Origin: an uncultured virus (IMG/VR IMGVR_UViG_3300037067_014663)
Taxonomy: Duplodnaviria > Heunggongvirae > Uroviricota > Caudoviricetes
DNA: 64,000 nt
Virus record (IMG/VR): IMGVR_UViG_3300037067_014663
Strand: one strand, 5' to 3'
Under the pieces are notes generated by a model. That model saw nothing but the letters and a program-made list of their open reading frames with translations. It did not search any database and was not told the origin of the DNA. Positions 39,802 to 49,314 of the stretch are shown piece by piece. Position 1 is the first letter of the stretch. The number at the start of each line of letters is the position of its first letter. A program made the translations under genes and the position numbers.

Positions 39802-40131
39802 ATGGAAAATAAAATCGATTTTGATAAAGAAATTGAAAAAGCTGCAAAAGAATACACAGATAATTCCCCATTGGGTAAATATAAAAATGATTCTGGAATA
39901 TTTAAATTAAGTTATTTGGGGCAAATTCATGATTTTATTGTAGGAGCTAAATCAGAAGCAACCAAACAATATTGGCAAGAAAATATGTATTCTGAAGAAG
40001 AAGTTAAGAAATTATGCAATAAAGCTTGGAAAGAAGCATTCCAATATGGAGTGAATGGAAATTACAGTCATTCAAAATTAGCTGATTGTAATACTTTTAA
40101 TACATGGTTTACCCAAAACAAGAATAAATAA
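39802..40131 (+). CDS. Hypothetical protein
   Basis: 109 aa with a MYSEEEV motif common in small phage proteins. Confidence 0.7.
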   Translation: MENKIDFDKEIEKAAKEYTDNSPLGKYKNDSGIFKLSYLGQIHDFIVGAKSEATKQYWQENMYSEEEVKKLCNKAWKEAFQYGVNGNYSHSKLADCNTFNTWFTQNKNK

Positions 40132-40234
40132 ATTAAAACCACAATATTATGACCGGATTTATCATTTTACTTACCGTAATTATGGTTTGTATTATTCTAT
40201 CATTTATCCCAAAACAAAAAAATTAATTTTAATT

Positions 40235-40708
40235 ATGCAACAAAAAATAAAATTTGAGGAAAATATTAACCTCATCAGAAAACTTGCATGGTCATTCCAC
40301 AGCACAACCAGAATTGAACTTGATGAACTATTTGCAGAAGCTTCTCTTGCTTATTGTGAAGCTTTGCAGTCCTATAATCCGAAAAGAGGCAAAATAACAA
40401 CCTACCTTTGGATTAGAATATCTGACAGGCTAAAAAATTACATTAAACTGCATAACGAATATTATTCTCCAATTATTTCCTTTGAAGATATTAAAGTTGA
40501 TAGACCAATTTCTTCAAACTTTTTCTTTGAATCACTTAGCAAAGAAGCTGCACAAATTGCTGAAGTAATTTTAGAACATCCTTACAAATTTGTTCCCCTT
40601 ACTAAAAAAGAAGCAAAAGAAAAAGTGTGGAAAACCATGAAAAATAAAGGATGGTCGTGGGATAAAATCATTTGTGGGTTCCACGATTTAAAACTTGCCT
40701 TTAAATAA
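40235..40708 (+). CDS. Sigma-70 region 2-like factor
   Basis: NLIRKLAWSF..ELDELFAEASLAYCEALQSYNPKRGKITTYLWIRI; start probably MQQK. Confidence 0.75.
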   Translation: MQQKIKFEENINLIRKLAWSFHSTTRIELDELFAEASLAYCEALQSYNPKRGKITTYLWIRISDRLKNYIKLHNEYYSPIISFEDIKVDRPISSNFFFESLSKEAAQIAEVILEHPYKFVPLTKKEAKEKVWKTMKNKGWSWDKIICGFHDLKLAFK

Positions 40709-40865
40709 TAAATTTAAACTTTAAAAATACAAACTATGTTAGTACTATTAAAAATATTTATCTGTGTAATACTTTTAATCGGGATAGTTACATTTATTGT
40801 AGCTATTATTGAAGTAATTAAATCCATTAAAGAAGATAAAGAAATATAAATTAAAAACTTATTTT

Positions 40866-41516
40866 ATGAAAAAATCATTCAGAAAACATGAAATCAATTA
40901 CGGTTGCTATAACGAAAAACAGTTTAATCAATTATGGTCGAAAACAAGAAGTATAAACATTTTACAAATTCTTGAAAGTCATCTCATACCTATCAAAGAC
41001 AAACGTTGGTTTGTGTGGAATAATTGCAATTTAACATTAGATCAAAATAAAAAATTGTCTTTAAAATTAGCATGGATTGTTCTACCTATCTACGAAAATA
41101 AATACCCTAAAGACAATCAAGTAAAAGATTGTTTGCAAGCAACAGAAGATTTTTATGCTGGCAAAATATCACTGGATGTTTTAAGAAAAAAAAGAAAGGC
41201 TGCTGCTTATGCTGCTTATGCTGCTTATGCTGCTTATGCTGCTGCTGATGCTGCTGCTTATGCTGCTGCTGATGCTGCTGCTGATGCTGCTGCTTATGCT
41301 GCTGCTGATGCTGCTTATGCTGCTTATGCTGCTGCTTATGCTGCTGCTTATGCTGCTGCTTATGCTGCTGCTGATGCTGCTGCTGATGCTGCTGCTTATG
41401 CTGCTGCTGATGCTGCTGATGCTGCTGATGCTGCTGATGCTGCTGATGCTGCTGATGCCAAACAACCAACATATTCTCAATTAATTCAACAAACATTGAT
41501 CGATTTTGTAAAATAA
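40866..41516 (+). CDS. Hypothetical protein with Ala/Tyr/Asp low-complexity tract
   Basis: Globular N-terminus (VLPIYENKYPKD..CLQA) followed by about 87 codons of AAY/AAD repeats. Confidence 0.8.
   Translation: MKKSFRKHEINYGCYNEKQFNQLWSKTRSINILQILESHLIPIKDKRWFVWNNCNLTLDQNKKLSLKLAWIVLPIYENKYPKDNQVKDCLQATEDFYAGKISLDVLRKKRKAAAYAAYAAYAAYAAADAAAYAAADAAADAAAYAAADAAYAAYAAAYAAAYAAAYAAADAAADAAAYAAADAADAADAADAADAADAKQPTYSQLIQQTLIDFVK
41199..41459 (+). repeat. Trinucleotide-based tandem array of (GCT)n interrupted by TAT/GAT
   Basis: Seen directly in the sequence. Confidence 0.95.
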
Positions 41517-41721
41517 AATATTATGAAGATTGAAACAACCACAAAAAGTGTTGTATTTTTTGCAGAAAATGAAACAGACAACAATCTTTTACTTACTCTT
41601 TTTAAAAACAGTTTTTCAAGTTTAAATAACAAGAAAATAAAAGATTCCTTAGTACAATACTCTTGGAAACCAGACAAACTCAAACTGTCTATCAAAATAT
41701 TAACAAATTAAAACTTACTTT

Positions 41722-42129
41722 ATGAAAAAATTTGAAATTAAAAATTATTTAACTAAACTTAGACAACTGTACTTACGGTACAAATATTACCCAACAACAT
41801 ACGTTCAAATTTGCTGGGACGTTATAAAATACATTAGTACCTGGATAGCAAACTTTTATTTTGTTTTTATCTCCCCTACTTCAAAACCTCGAATATTTAG
41901 AGGTTTTGGTCATTGGTGGCTGGCTGTTAAATACGCAAACAAAAGATATGAATTAACCAAAGTAAACAAACTCTGTGGTGGAAAAAGACATTATGTTCTT
42001 CCTTATGGAAAAGATGCACTGGTTGTTCTTGATCGTGTTGAATTGATTCTTGGCAAAGACAAAGGAATATTTAACAAAAATATGAACATCAGTGAAGTTT
42101 TAAAACATGCTTATTATATAACCAAATAA
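41722..42129 (+). CDS. Hypothetical protein
   Basis: 135-aa co-oriented ORF. Confidence 0.65.
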   Translation: MKKFEIKNYLTKLRQLYLRYKYYPTTYVQICWDVIKYISTWIANFYFVFISPTSKPRIFRGFGHWWLAVKYANKRYELTKVNKLCGGKRHYVLPYGKDALVVLDRVELILGKDKGIFNKNMNISEVLKHAYYITK

Positions 42130-42139
42130 AAATAAAACT

Positions 42140-42391
42140 ATGAAAATACTAAACTTAGGAAATCTGTTTTCAAAAAAATCAAACAAAGAAAAAATAAAAA
42201 TCGAAAACAAAACAAAAACAACAGCAAAACAACAAGAAATTGTAGCACGTTCGCGAAGAAAATATGTTCATGCTTTTGGTGGTTGTATGGATAGCAATCC
42301 ACAAGCAATATTTACACCAAAGCGAACAGGATTTAAAGGCTGGATGAGAAATCCCGGACAAAGTTTGAGGGAACGAAAAAACAGGAATTAA
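42140..42391 (+). CDS. Basic hypothetical protein
   Basis: 83 aa; its stop overlaps the primase start. Confidence 0.6.
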   Translation: MKILNLGNLFSKKSNKEKIKIENKTKTTAKQQEIVARSRRKYVHAFGGCMDSNPQAIFTPKRTGFKGWMRNPGQSLRERKNRN

Positions 42392-43302
42392 TGAATCTTA
42401 TTTCCCTTTTTCAGGACTATGGGGTTGTCTATTATGCCGAAGGTTACAAATATTGCCGTCCCGGATGGATAAATGTTGATTGTCCTTTTTGTACTGCAAC
42501 AAACCATCCGGGACCGCACCTCGGTTTTGAATTAGATAACCCACATTGTTCCTGTTGGGCTTGTGGTTACCACCCGCTCAATTTAGCCATTGCAAAACTT
42601 CTCAATGTAAACGAAAAAGAAGTTCCTGCAATACTTACAAATTATGGTTCTTTACTAAAAGTTTCAACCGATGAAATTGCAGCTAAAATCAAATTAAAAC
42701 CACACAAATTGCCCTCCGGCACAATGCCTTTACAATCTAATCATAGAAAATATTTAGAAGGAAGAAATTTTGATCCTGATGAATTAATAAAAATGTGGGA
42801 ATTGCTTGGAACAGGGCCTATTAGCAAACTTGATAACATTGATTACAATTTTCGTATTATTATTCCTTTCATTTGGAACAAAGAACAGGTTTCTTTTGAC
42901 AGCCGGGATATTACCGGAAAGCAAATGGCTAAATACAAAGCATGCCCTAAAGAACGGGAATTAATACCGCACAAAGAAATATTATTCGGTAGGCCGGATT
43001 TGTGGAAAGAAACCGGAATTATTGTTGAAGGTCCTTTTGATGTTTTCCGGTTTGGGAAATATGCTGCGGCAACTTCAGGGATTGCATTTACACCAAAACA
43101 AGTTAGGGTTATTGCCAAAACATTTAAACGTGTTGGTGTGTGCTTTGATGGACAGGAAAAGCAAGCTTTAGAACAAGCAAATAAACTTGTAGCTGAACTT
43201 AAATTTCGTGGTGTAGATGCATTCAGGATTGATATTATTGGGGACCCTGGGGCTATGGAACAAAAAGAAGCGGATTATATTGTTAAACAAGTAATACATT
43301 AA
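42391..43302 (+). CDS. DNA primase (Zn finger plus TOPRIM)
   Basis: CPFC..H..CSCWACG; RIIIP; IVEGPFD; CFDG; DPG. Confidence 0.88.
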   Translation: MNLISLFQDYGVVYYAEGYKYCRPGWINVDCPFCTATNHPGPHLGFELDNPHCSCWACGYHPLNLAIAKLLNVNEKEVPAILTNYGSLLKVSTDEIAAKIKLKPHKLPSGTMPLQSNHRKYLEGRNFDPDELIKMWELLGTGPISKLDNIDYNFRIIIPFIWNKEQVSFDSRDITGKQMAKYKACPKERELIPHKEILFGRPDLWKETGIIVEGPFDVFRFGKYAAATSGIAFTPKQVRVIAKTFKRVGVCFDGQEKQALEQANKLVAELKFRGVDAFRIDIIGDPGAMEQKEADYIVKQVIH

Positions 43303-43306
43303 AATT

Positions 43307-43816
43307 ATGGGCACTAAAATTTGTACAAAATGTGGTAAGAAAAAAGAATTATCGGAATTTTCATTCTGTTGTAATAGAAACAATTTTAGATCCAAATGTA
43401 AACAATGTTATCAAGAATATAACGAAAGGTATCGTCAAAAAAATAAAGAAAAAATTAAAGAAAAAAATAAAATATACACATTTGAAAATAAAAGAAAAAT
43501 TAAAGAACAAAAGAAAAGATATCGTCAAAAAAATAAAGAAAAAATTAAAAAACAAAGTAAAAAATATTACATTAAAAATAAAGAAAAAATTAAAGAACAA
43601 AATAAAGAACAAAAGAAAAGATATCGTCAAAAAAATAAAGAAAAAATTAAAAAACAAAAGAAAATACGTCATCAAAAAGATAAAGAAAATTTAACATCCG
43701 CATATATTGCAAATATATTCCATACATCAATAAAAAATCTAAAACAATATCCACCAGAATTAATTGAATTAAAACGAATACAATTAAAAGTTGCTCGTGT
43801 AATTAAAAATAAATAA
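43307..43816 (+). CDS. Zn-finger protein with RYRQKNKEKIK repeats
   Basis: KICTKCG..CKQC, three basic repeats, C-terminal PELIELKR. Confidence 0.7.
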   Translation: MGTKICTKCGKKKELSEFSFCCNRNNFRSKCKQCYQEYNERYRQKNKEKIKEKNKIYTFENKRKIKEQKKRYRQKNKEKIKKQSKKYYIKNKEKIKEQNKEQKKRYRQKNKEKIKKQKKIRHQKDKENLTSAYIANIFHTSIKNLKQYPPELIELKRIQLKVARVIKNK

Positions 43817-43840
43817 TTATTTAACTTAAATTTTAAAATT

Positions 43841-44035
43841 ATGAATGTAGTTGATTTAACAAACAAAATGACAAAACTCTTTGAGGACATTGAAAACGAC
43901 AATGTAACGAAAGAAAAAGCAGTAATTTTGAACACAACCGCAAGAACAGCAATTGCTATGCAAAAATCACAAATTGATTATGCAAAAGCAAAAAAACAAA
44001 ACCCAGATTTGCATATTGCATTTATGGAAATGTAA
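43841..44035 (+). CDS. Hypothetical protein
   Basis: 64 aa, followed by the hairpin at 44043-44071. Confidence 0.65.
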   Translation: MNVVDLTNKMTKLFEDIENDNVTKEKAVILNTTARTAIAMQKSQIDYAKAKKQNPDLHIAFMEM

Positions 44036-44042
44036 TTAAACC

Positions 44043-44071
44043 AAAGCCCATCTTATATTGAGGTGGGCTTT
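44043..44071 (+). terminator. Hairpin, possible terminator
   Basis: AAAGCCCATCT-TATATTG-AGGTGGGCTTT. Confidence 0.55.
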
Positions 44072-44332
44072 ACAAACTTTTAAAATTATGGAAAGTTTAG
44101 AACAGATGCACGTAAAAAGGCATTTAGAACCTTTAATTGAGAAATATAAAAAGAGAATAGATAAACTTCAAAAACAATCGGTAGATTATGAAAAAAGAGG
44201 AATGGCAGGTGCTTGTATTTCAATAAATGGAGAAGTGCAAGCTTACAATGCTGCTTTATCCGATTTAAAAAATATATTAACCTACTTAAAAAAACAAGAT
44301 ACACTTTGATTATTAACTAATACATTGAAATT

Positions 44333-44791
44333 ATGAAAAAAATAAAATGGTATTGGAAAAATACAGTAACAAAAGTTATTTTAGTTGCTTTTTGGACAAC
44401 AGTAATGTCTTTTAAACATTTTCCGAGAATGTTTATTCAAAGTTGGTTTCCCAAGTATGAAAAATATTATGGTGAATTTATGGAAATTCCTGCTGAAAAT
44501 ATCAAAAATAAACTAAAATTAAACGTTTTAGAGTCAGATAAAGCATTAACAAATCTATTGTCAATAGATTATCAGTGTAGGATACATTCCACAGCAAGAC
44601 GTAAAAATTTAAAAGTCATTTCGTTTGCTAATGACGGTATTATTGTAGCACCAATCAAAAAACCTTGGTTTGAAATATTTATATGGAAATTATTTTCATT
44701 TAGAATTAAAATATACAAACCAGAAGGAGATGAGTGTTTGACCCTTTCCTTACATTATGGCAATCATTCAGTATACAGTGATTTCTATTAA
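44333..44791 (+). CDS. Hypothetical protein
   Basis: 152-aa ORF. Confidence 0.6.
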   Translation: MKKIKWYWKNTVTKVILVAFWTTVMSFKHFPRMFIQSWFPKYEKYYGEFMEIPAENIKNKLKLNVLESDKALTNLLSIDYQCRIHSTARRKNLKVISFANDGIIVAPIKKPWFEIFIWKLFSFRIKIYKPEGDECLTLSLHYGNHSVYSDFY

Positions 44792-44852
44792 ATTTATATT
44801 CTCTTTTTAACACACACATAATCAAAACAAAAGAAAATAAAACACAAATCAC

Positions 44853-44883
44853 TTGCTTTTTGCTTATCAGGATATTATCTTTG
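44853..44883 (+). promoter_or_regulatory. Bacteroidota-type promoter for the replication operon
   Basis: TTG (44853-55), 20 nt, TATCTTTG (44876-83). Confidence 0.7.
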
Positions 44884-45018
44884 TCTTGTCTAATTGAAAA
44901 TTATTCTATCTCCGCACGGATAGCCAAAGATAAAATTAAAAGACAGAACCTGGTAGGAAGTAATTGTGTGCGGCAATGAAAACTACCGGGTTTTTGTTTT
45001 TACAAAATCAAACAGAGT

Positions 45019-45453
45019 ATGGAAAACTTTTTTCTTCAATACAAAAATCCACTATGGCAAAGAAAACGATTGGAAATAATGAAACGTGATGATTTTGCGT
45101 GTCAATCTTGTGGAGACACCGAAACAACCTTAAATGTACATCATACTTGTCCGTACAGAAAAAACACAAAAATTTGGGAGTATGAAGATCATGAATTGAT
45201 TACGTTATGTGAAAATTGTCATCAAGAAATTTCTGAATACATAGACACATGTAAATTAATTATAACAGATACTTGCAGCAAATCTGTCAGTTTTGCACAA
45301 GAGATGACAGATTTAATCCAAGAAATGGATGCTGTAGATCCAGCAATATTATCATATTTTTCAAATTTGATGAAAGCTGAAAGAAAAAATGGATATAAGA
45401 ATGTCCTTGAATATTGGAGAACAGAAAAAAATAAAAAAACAAATACCATATAA
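45019..45453 (+). CDS. HNH endonuclease-domain protein
   Basis: WQRKRLEIMKRDDFACQSCG..LNVHH..LITLCENCH. Confidence 0.88.
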   Translation: MENFFLQYKNPLWQRKRLEIMKRDDFACQSCGDTETTLNVHHTCPYRKNTKIWEYEDHELITLCENCHQEISEYIDTCKLIITDTCSKSVSFAQEMTDLIQEMDAVDPAILSYFSNLMKAERKNGYKNVLEYWRTEKNKKTNTI

Positions 45454-46480
45454 AATATTAAAAATGAAAAGAAAAAATAATGAAAATTATCAAAAACAAA
45501 TTGAGATTATTTCCATTGAAGCTTTTAAATCAGATGGGTTTTTAATGGTAAATAAGAATTTAATAAAAATTCTTGGAATAATCCCTGCAATTTTATTAAG
45601 TAACTACATTGACAAATACGATTACTTTAGAAGGAAATACTCAAATTATCATCAGTGGTTCTATTTAACACATGAACAATTAATGGAACAATTGGATGTT
45701 AGTGAATTTACAATAAGAAAAGCAAAACAATTTTTAATTAAAAAAAAGATGCTTTTTGCTATTAGAAGAGGGAATCCATCAAAAGAATGGTTCAAGATCA
45801 ATTTCTCTGAAATAACTAAAGAAATAACGAAATTTATTGAGGATAAAAATAAACAACAAAATATTTCAGCCCTATCGAAAAGTGAAGGGCTTGCCCTATC
45901 GAAAAGTGAAGGGCTCTATAATAAGGATACCAAAATAAAAAAACAAGCAAAAAAGAATTTAAAAGAAGAAAGAAACAAAGATTATTTACAATATTCCCAA
46001 AAGCTATCAGAAATAATTCGCACCAATAAAAATTATAAACATACAACATCCCAAATTAAATCTTGGTCTAATGATTTTCGTCGATTGGTTGAAGAAAACG
46101 ATGTTGCGGTAGAAAGAATAGAAAAAGCATTGAATTGGTACGAAAAAAATATTGGTGGCGAATACATTCCAGTTATTGAAAGTGGCAAATCTTTTCGTGA
46201 TAAATTTAGTAAATTAGAATCCGCTATGAAAAGAAAACCATGTAAAAATTATCAACCTGAACTATCCATTGTTGAAAACGGTATCACTTTTAACTTAAAC
46301 CGAAAATGGTTATATGTAAATAAAGAAAAAGGATTCGCCGAATTTCAATTAACCAAAGATCAAATTTTATCAGCAATAGGAAATAAAGAACCACATAAAT
46401 ACCAAGATAACATTCGCTACGACATTTGTCCAGACGGCAGATACCGTCACCCAGATTCTGGTGATTTATATATACCTTAA
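45389..46480 (+). CDS. Replication initiator-like protein (N-terminal winged HTH, internal iterons)
   Basis: WFYLTHEQLMEQLDVSEFTIRKAKQFL..RRGNPSKEWFKIN; C-terminal IESGKSFRDKFSKL; upstream of the helicase. True start may be 45464. Confidence 0.75.
   Translation: MDIRMSLNIGEQKKIKKQIPYKILKMKRKNNENYQKQIEIISIEAFKSDGFLMVNKNLIKILGIIPAILLSNYIDKYDYFRRKYSNYHQWFYLTHEQLMEQLDVSEFTIRKAKQFLIKKKMLFAIRRGNPSKEWFKINFSEITKEITKFIEDKNKQQNISALSKSEGLALSKSEGLYNKDTKIKKQAKKNLKEERNKDYLQYSQKLSEIIRTNKNYKHTTSQIKSWSNDFRRLVEENDVAVERIEKALNWYEKNIGGEYIPVIESGKSFRDKFSKLESAMKRKPCKNYQPELSIVENGITFNLNRKWLYVNKEKGFAEFQLTKDQILSAIGNKEPHKYQDNIRYDICPDGRYRHPDSGDLYIP
45869..45915 (+). repeat. Two 23-bp direct repeats (putative origin iterons)
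   Basis: GCCCTATCGAAAAGTGAAGGGCT at 45869 and 45893, each with an internal GCCCT/AGGGC inverted repeat. Confidence 0.75.
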
Positions 46481-46905
46481 AACTTTAAAAAATGAAAATA
46501 CTACAAATCATTCCAAATGATACTAAAGCAGTTATACACGTTTCTGTTAAAGATGAAGATCAATTACTTGCTTCAAAAGCTAATATACATTTACAAGAAA
46601 TACCTATAATTGCGTGGGGACTTATATCTGAAGAACACAATAAAACTACAGTACAACCTCTTGTAATTTGTGAGAAAGAACTTGTTCCGGTTTCTACAAT
46701 ACTAAAAAATTATGCAATTTATACTTACGTATGATTGAAAGATTATTTCAAATAGATACTGAATATGGTTGTTTTGGTATAACAATAAATGATTCAGCAT
46801 TTGTTAATAAAGTTCCGCCTATTGCAAAATGGATGAAAGGAAAACATATATTGCATATTAAAAATTGGGTAAAAAAGAATAATTACAAAATACAATATAT
46901 TCCTT

Positions 46906-48156
46906 ATGATCGAACGTAGAATCATTATAGCACTCATAACATCGACAGATTTTATCCAGCGAATTTACGATAAGTGGAATGTTCATCTTATCATGTCATC
47001 TTCCGCCCGGTATTTGTCAACGTGGTGTATGGAATTTTACAATGAGTATAAAGTTGCTCCGGGCAAAACTATAGAGGATATTTATTATCAAAAATTAAAA
47101 AAGGGATTGCCAAAAGATCTTGCTGAAGATATTAAAGAAATTTTGCAAGGACTTAGTGAAGAATATGAGAATACCAATTTAAACATGGATTATCTCATCA
47201 CAGAGGCATTAAATTACCTTGAGGAGCAGCATCTATCCAAACACAATGAAGAAGTCAAAGGATTGCTTGAAAATGGGCAAAGAAAGGATGCAGAGAAATT
47301 AATCAAGGATTTCAAGCCTTTGGGAATTGCAAACAGCAAATTAAGTGACTACATACAGACTGTAAACCAAATTAGAAGGAAAAATAAAGCAAAACCGCTA
47401 CTTTTAATGAAGCCATGGTTACGGGCAGGACAAACTACAATAATTTACGGAGGATACGGAACTGGAAAATCGTTATTCACACTAGCGCTTGCGTATGTTT
47501 TAGGTGTAGATGATTATGAAAATTCAAAGTGTGAGATTGCAAAATGGCAAGTGATGAACCCTACGGGATGTTTGTATATTGACGGGGAACTTGGAGAAAT
47601 TGAGGTTGCTGAAAGAATTAAACAATTTGAATGGATTGGGCCACAACCACCGGAACGTAGGTTTAAAGTTTTATCAATACCAGAATATCAATTAGAAACT
47701 GAAGACACTTTTTATTTATCCCAAAGAGAGAACCAGCAGAAAATAATAAAATGGTTGCAGGAGCACCCAACATACGGATTAATTGTTTTGGATAGCATTA
47801 CAACACTATTTGGTTTGATTGACGAAAACAATAATGCAGAATGGAACAACAAAATAAATCCATTTTTGCGTGATTTACGAGCATTAGGTATTGCTAATAT
47901 ACTTTTGCACCATGCGGGAAAGGATAACAAAAAAGGATTGCGTGGAGCATCTGCAATGGGTGCAATGGCACATAATATTTTTAGAATAACAGATCATGAA
48001 AAAAAAGATATTGACAAAGGAGAAGCTTGGTTTATTATTAAAAAAGACAAACAACGTGGTGGTGGTTTTAATTTTAAAACTTTTGCACTGAAGTTTACTC
48101 AAAACCATAATCAAACAGAAACATATTGGGATGAAACAAATATTTGTGAATTTTAA
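46906..48156 (+). CDS. Replicative helicase, SF4 / AAA_25 (RSF1010 RepA-like) ATPase domain
   Basis: GGYGTGKS, LYIDGE, IVLDS, LLHHAGK, RGASA. Confidence 0.85.
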   Translation: MIERRIIIALITSTDFIQRIYDKWNVHLIMSSSARYLSTWCMEFYNEYKVAPGKTIEDIYYQKLKKGLPKDLAEDIKEILQGLSEEYENTNLNMDYLITEALNYLEEQHLSKHNEEVKGLLENGQRKDAEKLIKDFKPLGIANSKLSDYIQTVNQIRRKNKAKPLLLMKPWLRAGQTTIIYGGYGTGKSLFTLALAYVLGVDDYENSKCEIAKWQVMNPTGCLYIDGELGEIEVAERIKQFEWIGPQPPERRFKVLSIPEYQLETEDTFYLSQRENQQKIIKWLQEHPTYGLIVLDSITTLFGLIDENNNAEWNNKINPFLRDLRALGIANILLHHAGKDNKKGLRGASAMGAMAHNIFRITDHEKKDIDKGEAWFIIKKDKQRGGGFNFKTFALKFTQNHNQTETYWDETNICEF

Positions 48157-48167
48157 ATTAAAATTTT

Positions 48168-48416
48168 ATGAATAATATTTCAATTTTAGAAATTGGGTCA
48201 GGGTTAGGGTCAAGGTCCGGGTCAAGGTCAAGGTCAAGGTCAGGATCAGGGTCATGGTCAAGGTCAGGGTCAAGGTCATGGTCAGGGTCAAGGTCAAGGT
48301 CAAGGTCATGGTCAGGATCATGGTCAGGATCAGGGTCATGGTCAAGGTCAAGGTCAAGGTCAGGATCATGGTCAGGATCAGGGTCATGGTCAAGGTCATG
48401 GTCAGGGTTAAAATAA
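48168..48416 (+). CDS. Ser-X (SR/SG/SW) repeat micro-protein, copy A
   Basis: MNNISILEI + (S-R/G/W)n + SGLK, encoded by GGTCAN hexamers. Confidence 0.65.
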   Translation: MNNISILEIGSGLGSRSGSRSRSRSGSGSWSRSGSRSWSGSRSRSRSWSGSWSGSGSWSRSRSRSGSWSGSGSWSRSWSGLK

Positions 48417-48509
48417 AAATTACACTTAAAAATTTAAAAATGATAGAGGATGCTGCTCAATCTAAAAGTATTAAAAGAATAAATTAAAACAATTAAAATT
48501 TTAAATCGT

Positions 48510-48692
48510 ATGAAAAGAGAAATTGGAACAACAAGTAAAGAAGCATGTATTATCCGACCATGTAATTGTAAAAGCGATTTTCAGGATAGAACGTATGGAA
48601 CACAAAATCGGGTTTGGAATCATGCCCCATCAAAAGGAAGTAAACCTAAAAGGTACAGATGTGTAGTTTGTAATGTAGAAAAGGAATTTTGA
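48510..48692 (+). CDS. Small Cys-rich protein
   Basis: CNC..FQDRTYG..RVWN..YRCVVC. Confidence 0.7.
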   Translation: MKREIGTTSKEACIIRPCNCKSDFQDRTYGTQNRVWNHAPSKGSKPKRYRCVVCNVEKEF

Positions 48693-48714
48693 TTCTAAAA
48701 ATTTTTGTATAATA
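48692..48714 (+). promoter_or_regulatory. Putative phage-specific promoter motif, copy 1
   Basis: ATTCTAAAAATTTTTGTATAATA; 22/23 identical to 59594-59616. Confidence 0.55.
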
Positions 48715-48741
48715 ATAAATGTTTAATCTTAAAATTTAATT

Positions 48742-49083
48742 ATGAAAACACTTCAAATTAGTGATGAAACGTATGAATTGATTAAAGATCAGTTAAAAGA
48801 AGAAGAAACTTTGGATATTAATACTTTGCAGGATTTTGTAGGCAAAACGTTTTTCTTCAGAACAGTAACTTACCATATTGTTGGCAAGGTTGTAAAAATA
48901 CTTCCAATGGGAATTTTACAATTGGAAAAAGCCAGTTGGATTGCTGATAGTGGAAGATTTACTCAAGCAATTAAAGAAGGAATTTTAGATGAGGTAGAAC
49001 CAATTGGATCATGGTTCATTAATGTATCTACATGTACTGATTTTGGTATTTGGAATCATTCGCTTGATTTAAAACAGAAATAG
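48742..49083 (+). CDS. Small beta-barrel (Sm/SH3-like) protein
   Basis: FFRTVTYHIVGKV..LEKASWIADSGRF..EVEP; fold is an inference. Confidence 0.65.
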   Translation: MKTLQISDETYELIKDQLKEEETLDINTLQDFVGKTFFFRTVTYHIVGKVVKILPMGILQLEKASWIADSGRFTQAIKEGILDEVEPIGSWFINVSTCTDFGIWNHSLDLKQK

Positions 49084-49084
49084 T

Positions 49085-49291
<207 letters not shown>

Positions 49292-49314
49292 AAATTACAC
49301 TTAAAAATTTAAAA

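Noticed and set aside
41107..41496. Poly-Q/H, poly-S/I and poly-L/M ORFs in other frames
   Set aside because: Shadows of the (GCT)n repeat; only the Ala frame is continuous with a globular domain.
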